A stretch of DNA of 64,000 nt from a virus (taxonomy: Duplodnaviria; Heunggongvirae; Uroviricota; Caudoviricetes), in the IMG/VR virus record IMGVR_UViG_2703718777_000015. The stretch is one strand, 5' to 3'. Below are positions 62,617 through 64,000 of this stretch, in pieces (position 1 is the stretch's first letter; each line of letters opens with the position of its first letter). The notes under the pieces were generated by a model. The model did no database searches and had not been told where the DNA came from. It worked only from the letters and a program-made list of their open reading frames with translations. The translations under genes and the position numbers were made by a program.

Positions 62617-64000
62617 ATGAATGACGTTACAGTTGTTACATCAGTTACTTACCCATCGCCCGAGTCACTGGCTCTGGTGGCTGATGTGCAATACCACGAA
62701 CCATATCTGTCAGCCGCGCTAAACCGAAAATTCAGGGGAATTGTTGACTCTGGATTTTATGCAGGTTTCCTGCCGAAGCCTGGCGGTGGGATGAACCTGT
62801 TAATCACCTCAGTGGATGGTGATAAAACTGCTGGCGCTGCGTCAGTGGATATTGGTGAATTCTACCAGGTAACTATTCAGCACCGTAAGGATATTTCTCT
62901 TGCACTTAGTGCAGGCAAGAAATATGCAATTGTGCTGAAGGGAAGATACCTCCTTGGAGAGGATACCTATCAGGTTAATACCGCGTCACATATTCATGCG
63001 GCTGAATTTGTTGCCAGAACCTATACCGATTCATATCAGTTAGGAGATGGGGAGCTGCTTGTTTGTACGGTGAATATCCCTGCTGGCGTATCAGCCATTA
63101 CCCAGGAGATGATTGATACATCCGAGCGTATTAACCGCACGATCGGCATTGATATTTCAGACTCTGTAACCAGTAGCAGAAGTGATGTTGCGGCAAGTTC
63201 GCTGGCAGTTAAAAAAGCCTACGATCTGGCGAAAAGTAAGTATACGGCGCAGGATGCAAGCACAACGCAAAAGGGATTAGTTCAGCTCAGTAGCGAAACT
63301 AACAGCGACAGCGAAACAATGGCTGCTACCCCTAAAGCAGTTAAGTCTGTAAAAGATCTTGCTGATACCAAAGCGCCAATAGAAAGCCCGAGTCTGACAG
63401 GAACGCCAACCGCGCCGACGGCAGCGCAAGGTACAAATAGCACGCAGATCGCAAATACAGCCTTTGTTAAGGCAGCTATAACGGCACTTATCAACGGCGC
63501 ACCTGGCACACTGGATACGCTTAAAGAAATAGCTGCTGCGATCAATAACGACCCGAATTTCAGCACAACTATCAACAATGCTCTGGCTCTTAAAGCTCCT
63601 TTAGCAAGTCCTGCATTAACGGGAATACCTACTGCGCCTACCGCTGCACAGGGTACGAATAACACGCAGATTGCTACGACCGCTTATGTAAGAGCTGCCA
63701 TATCCGCATTGGTTGGTTCATCACCAGAAGCTCTTGATACCCTGAATGAGCTTGCCGCAGCACTTGGTAATGACCCTAACTTTGCGACAACAATGACAAA
63801 TGCGCTGGCAGGCAAACAGCCTCTGGATGCAACTTTAACCGCGCTTGCTGGTCTTGCTACAGGCGCAAATAAATTGCCGTACTTTACCGGTACAGACACT
63901 GTTTCTCAGACTGACTTAACGTCAGTCGGTCGCGATATTCTGGCCAAAACAAGCGTCCTTGCTGTTATCCAATACCTTGGTTTAAGAGAACTCGGTACCA
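62617..64000 (+). CDS. tail fibre protein, N-terminal part (3' end outside window)
   Basis: Open to window end; repeated PTAPTAAQGTN(S/N)TQIA(N/T)TA(F/Y)V and LDTL.E(I/L)AAA.(N/G)NDPNF motifs. Confidence 0.8.
   Translation, partial: MNDVTVVTSVTYPSPESLALVADVQYHEPYLSAALNRKFRGIVDSGFYAGFLPKPGGGMNLLITSVDGDKTAGAASVDIGEFYQVTIQHRKDISLALSAGKKYAIVLKGRYLLGEDTYQVNTASHIHAAEFVARTYTDSYQLGDGELLVCTVNIPAGVSAITQEMIDTSERINRTIGIDISDSVTSSRSDVAASSLAVKKAYDLAKSKYTAQDASTTQKGLVQLSSETNSDSETMAATPKAVKSVKDLADTKAPIESPSLTGTPTAPTAAQGTNSTQIANTAFVKAAITALINGAPGTLDTLKEIAAAINNDPNFSTTINNALALKAPLASPALTGIPTAPTAAQGTNNTQIATTAYVRAAISALVGSSPEALDTLNELAAALGNDPNFATTMTNALAGKQPLDATLTALAGLATGANKLPYFTGTDTVSQTDLTSVGRDILAKTSVLAVIQYLGLRELGT

Overview
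The window reads as about 64 kb of a P1-family phage-plasmid (circular plasmid prophage), not a chromosomal lambdoid prophage. No search could be run; all calls rest on motifs read from the translations and on recalled P1 biology. Backbone modules recognised: a packaging operon (PacA/PacB) with an internal pac site of clustered TGATCA/GATC hexamers; the humD-phd-doc addiction block with a LexA box and hot; a ban (DnaB-like) operon with three tRNAs and a bifunctional Dcm+Dam methyltransferase; a RepA replicon flanked by iteron arrays; parA-parB-parS; head, sheath, tube, baseplate, Sit transglycosylase and tail-fibre genes; kilA-repL; and a c4 antisense RNA-icd-ant immunity locus. Nine full copies of the 17-bp P1 C1-operator consensus (ATTGCTCTAATAAATTT) sit upstream of operons, with one further half-site. 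The candidates for an undescribed system are the non-backbone cargo: (1) a sharply AT-rich four-gene island (51.0-53.7 kb) of secreted/membrane proteins beside the immunity locus; (2) a GIY-YIG/T5orf172-like gene with its own terminator between the iterons and parA; (3) a 13-kb accessory block (7.1-20.5 kb) carrying tandem MptE/DUF115-like paralogs, a GT-A-like protein, a Ser/Thr phosphatase, a HAD phosphatase, an ASCH protein, a VRR-NUC nuclease and several proteins with no recognisable domain; (4) a GT-B glycosyltransferase and an NfeD-like/SPFH pair in the ban/tRNA operon. None of these can be assigned a function from sequence alone.
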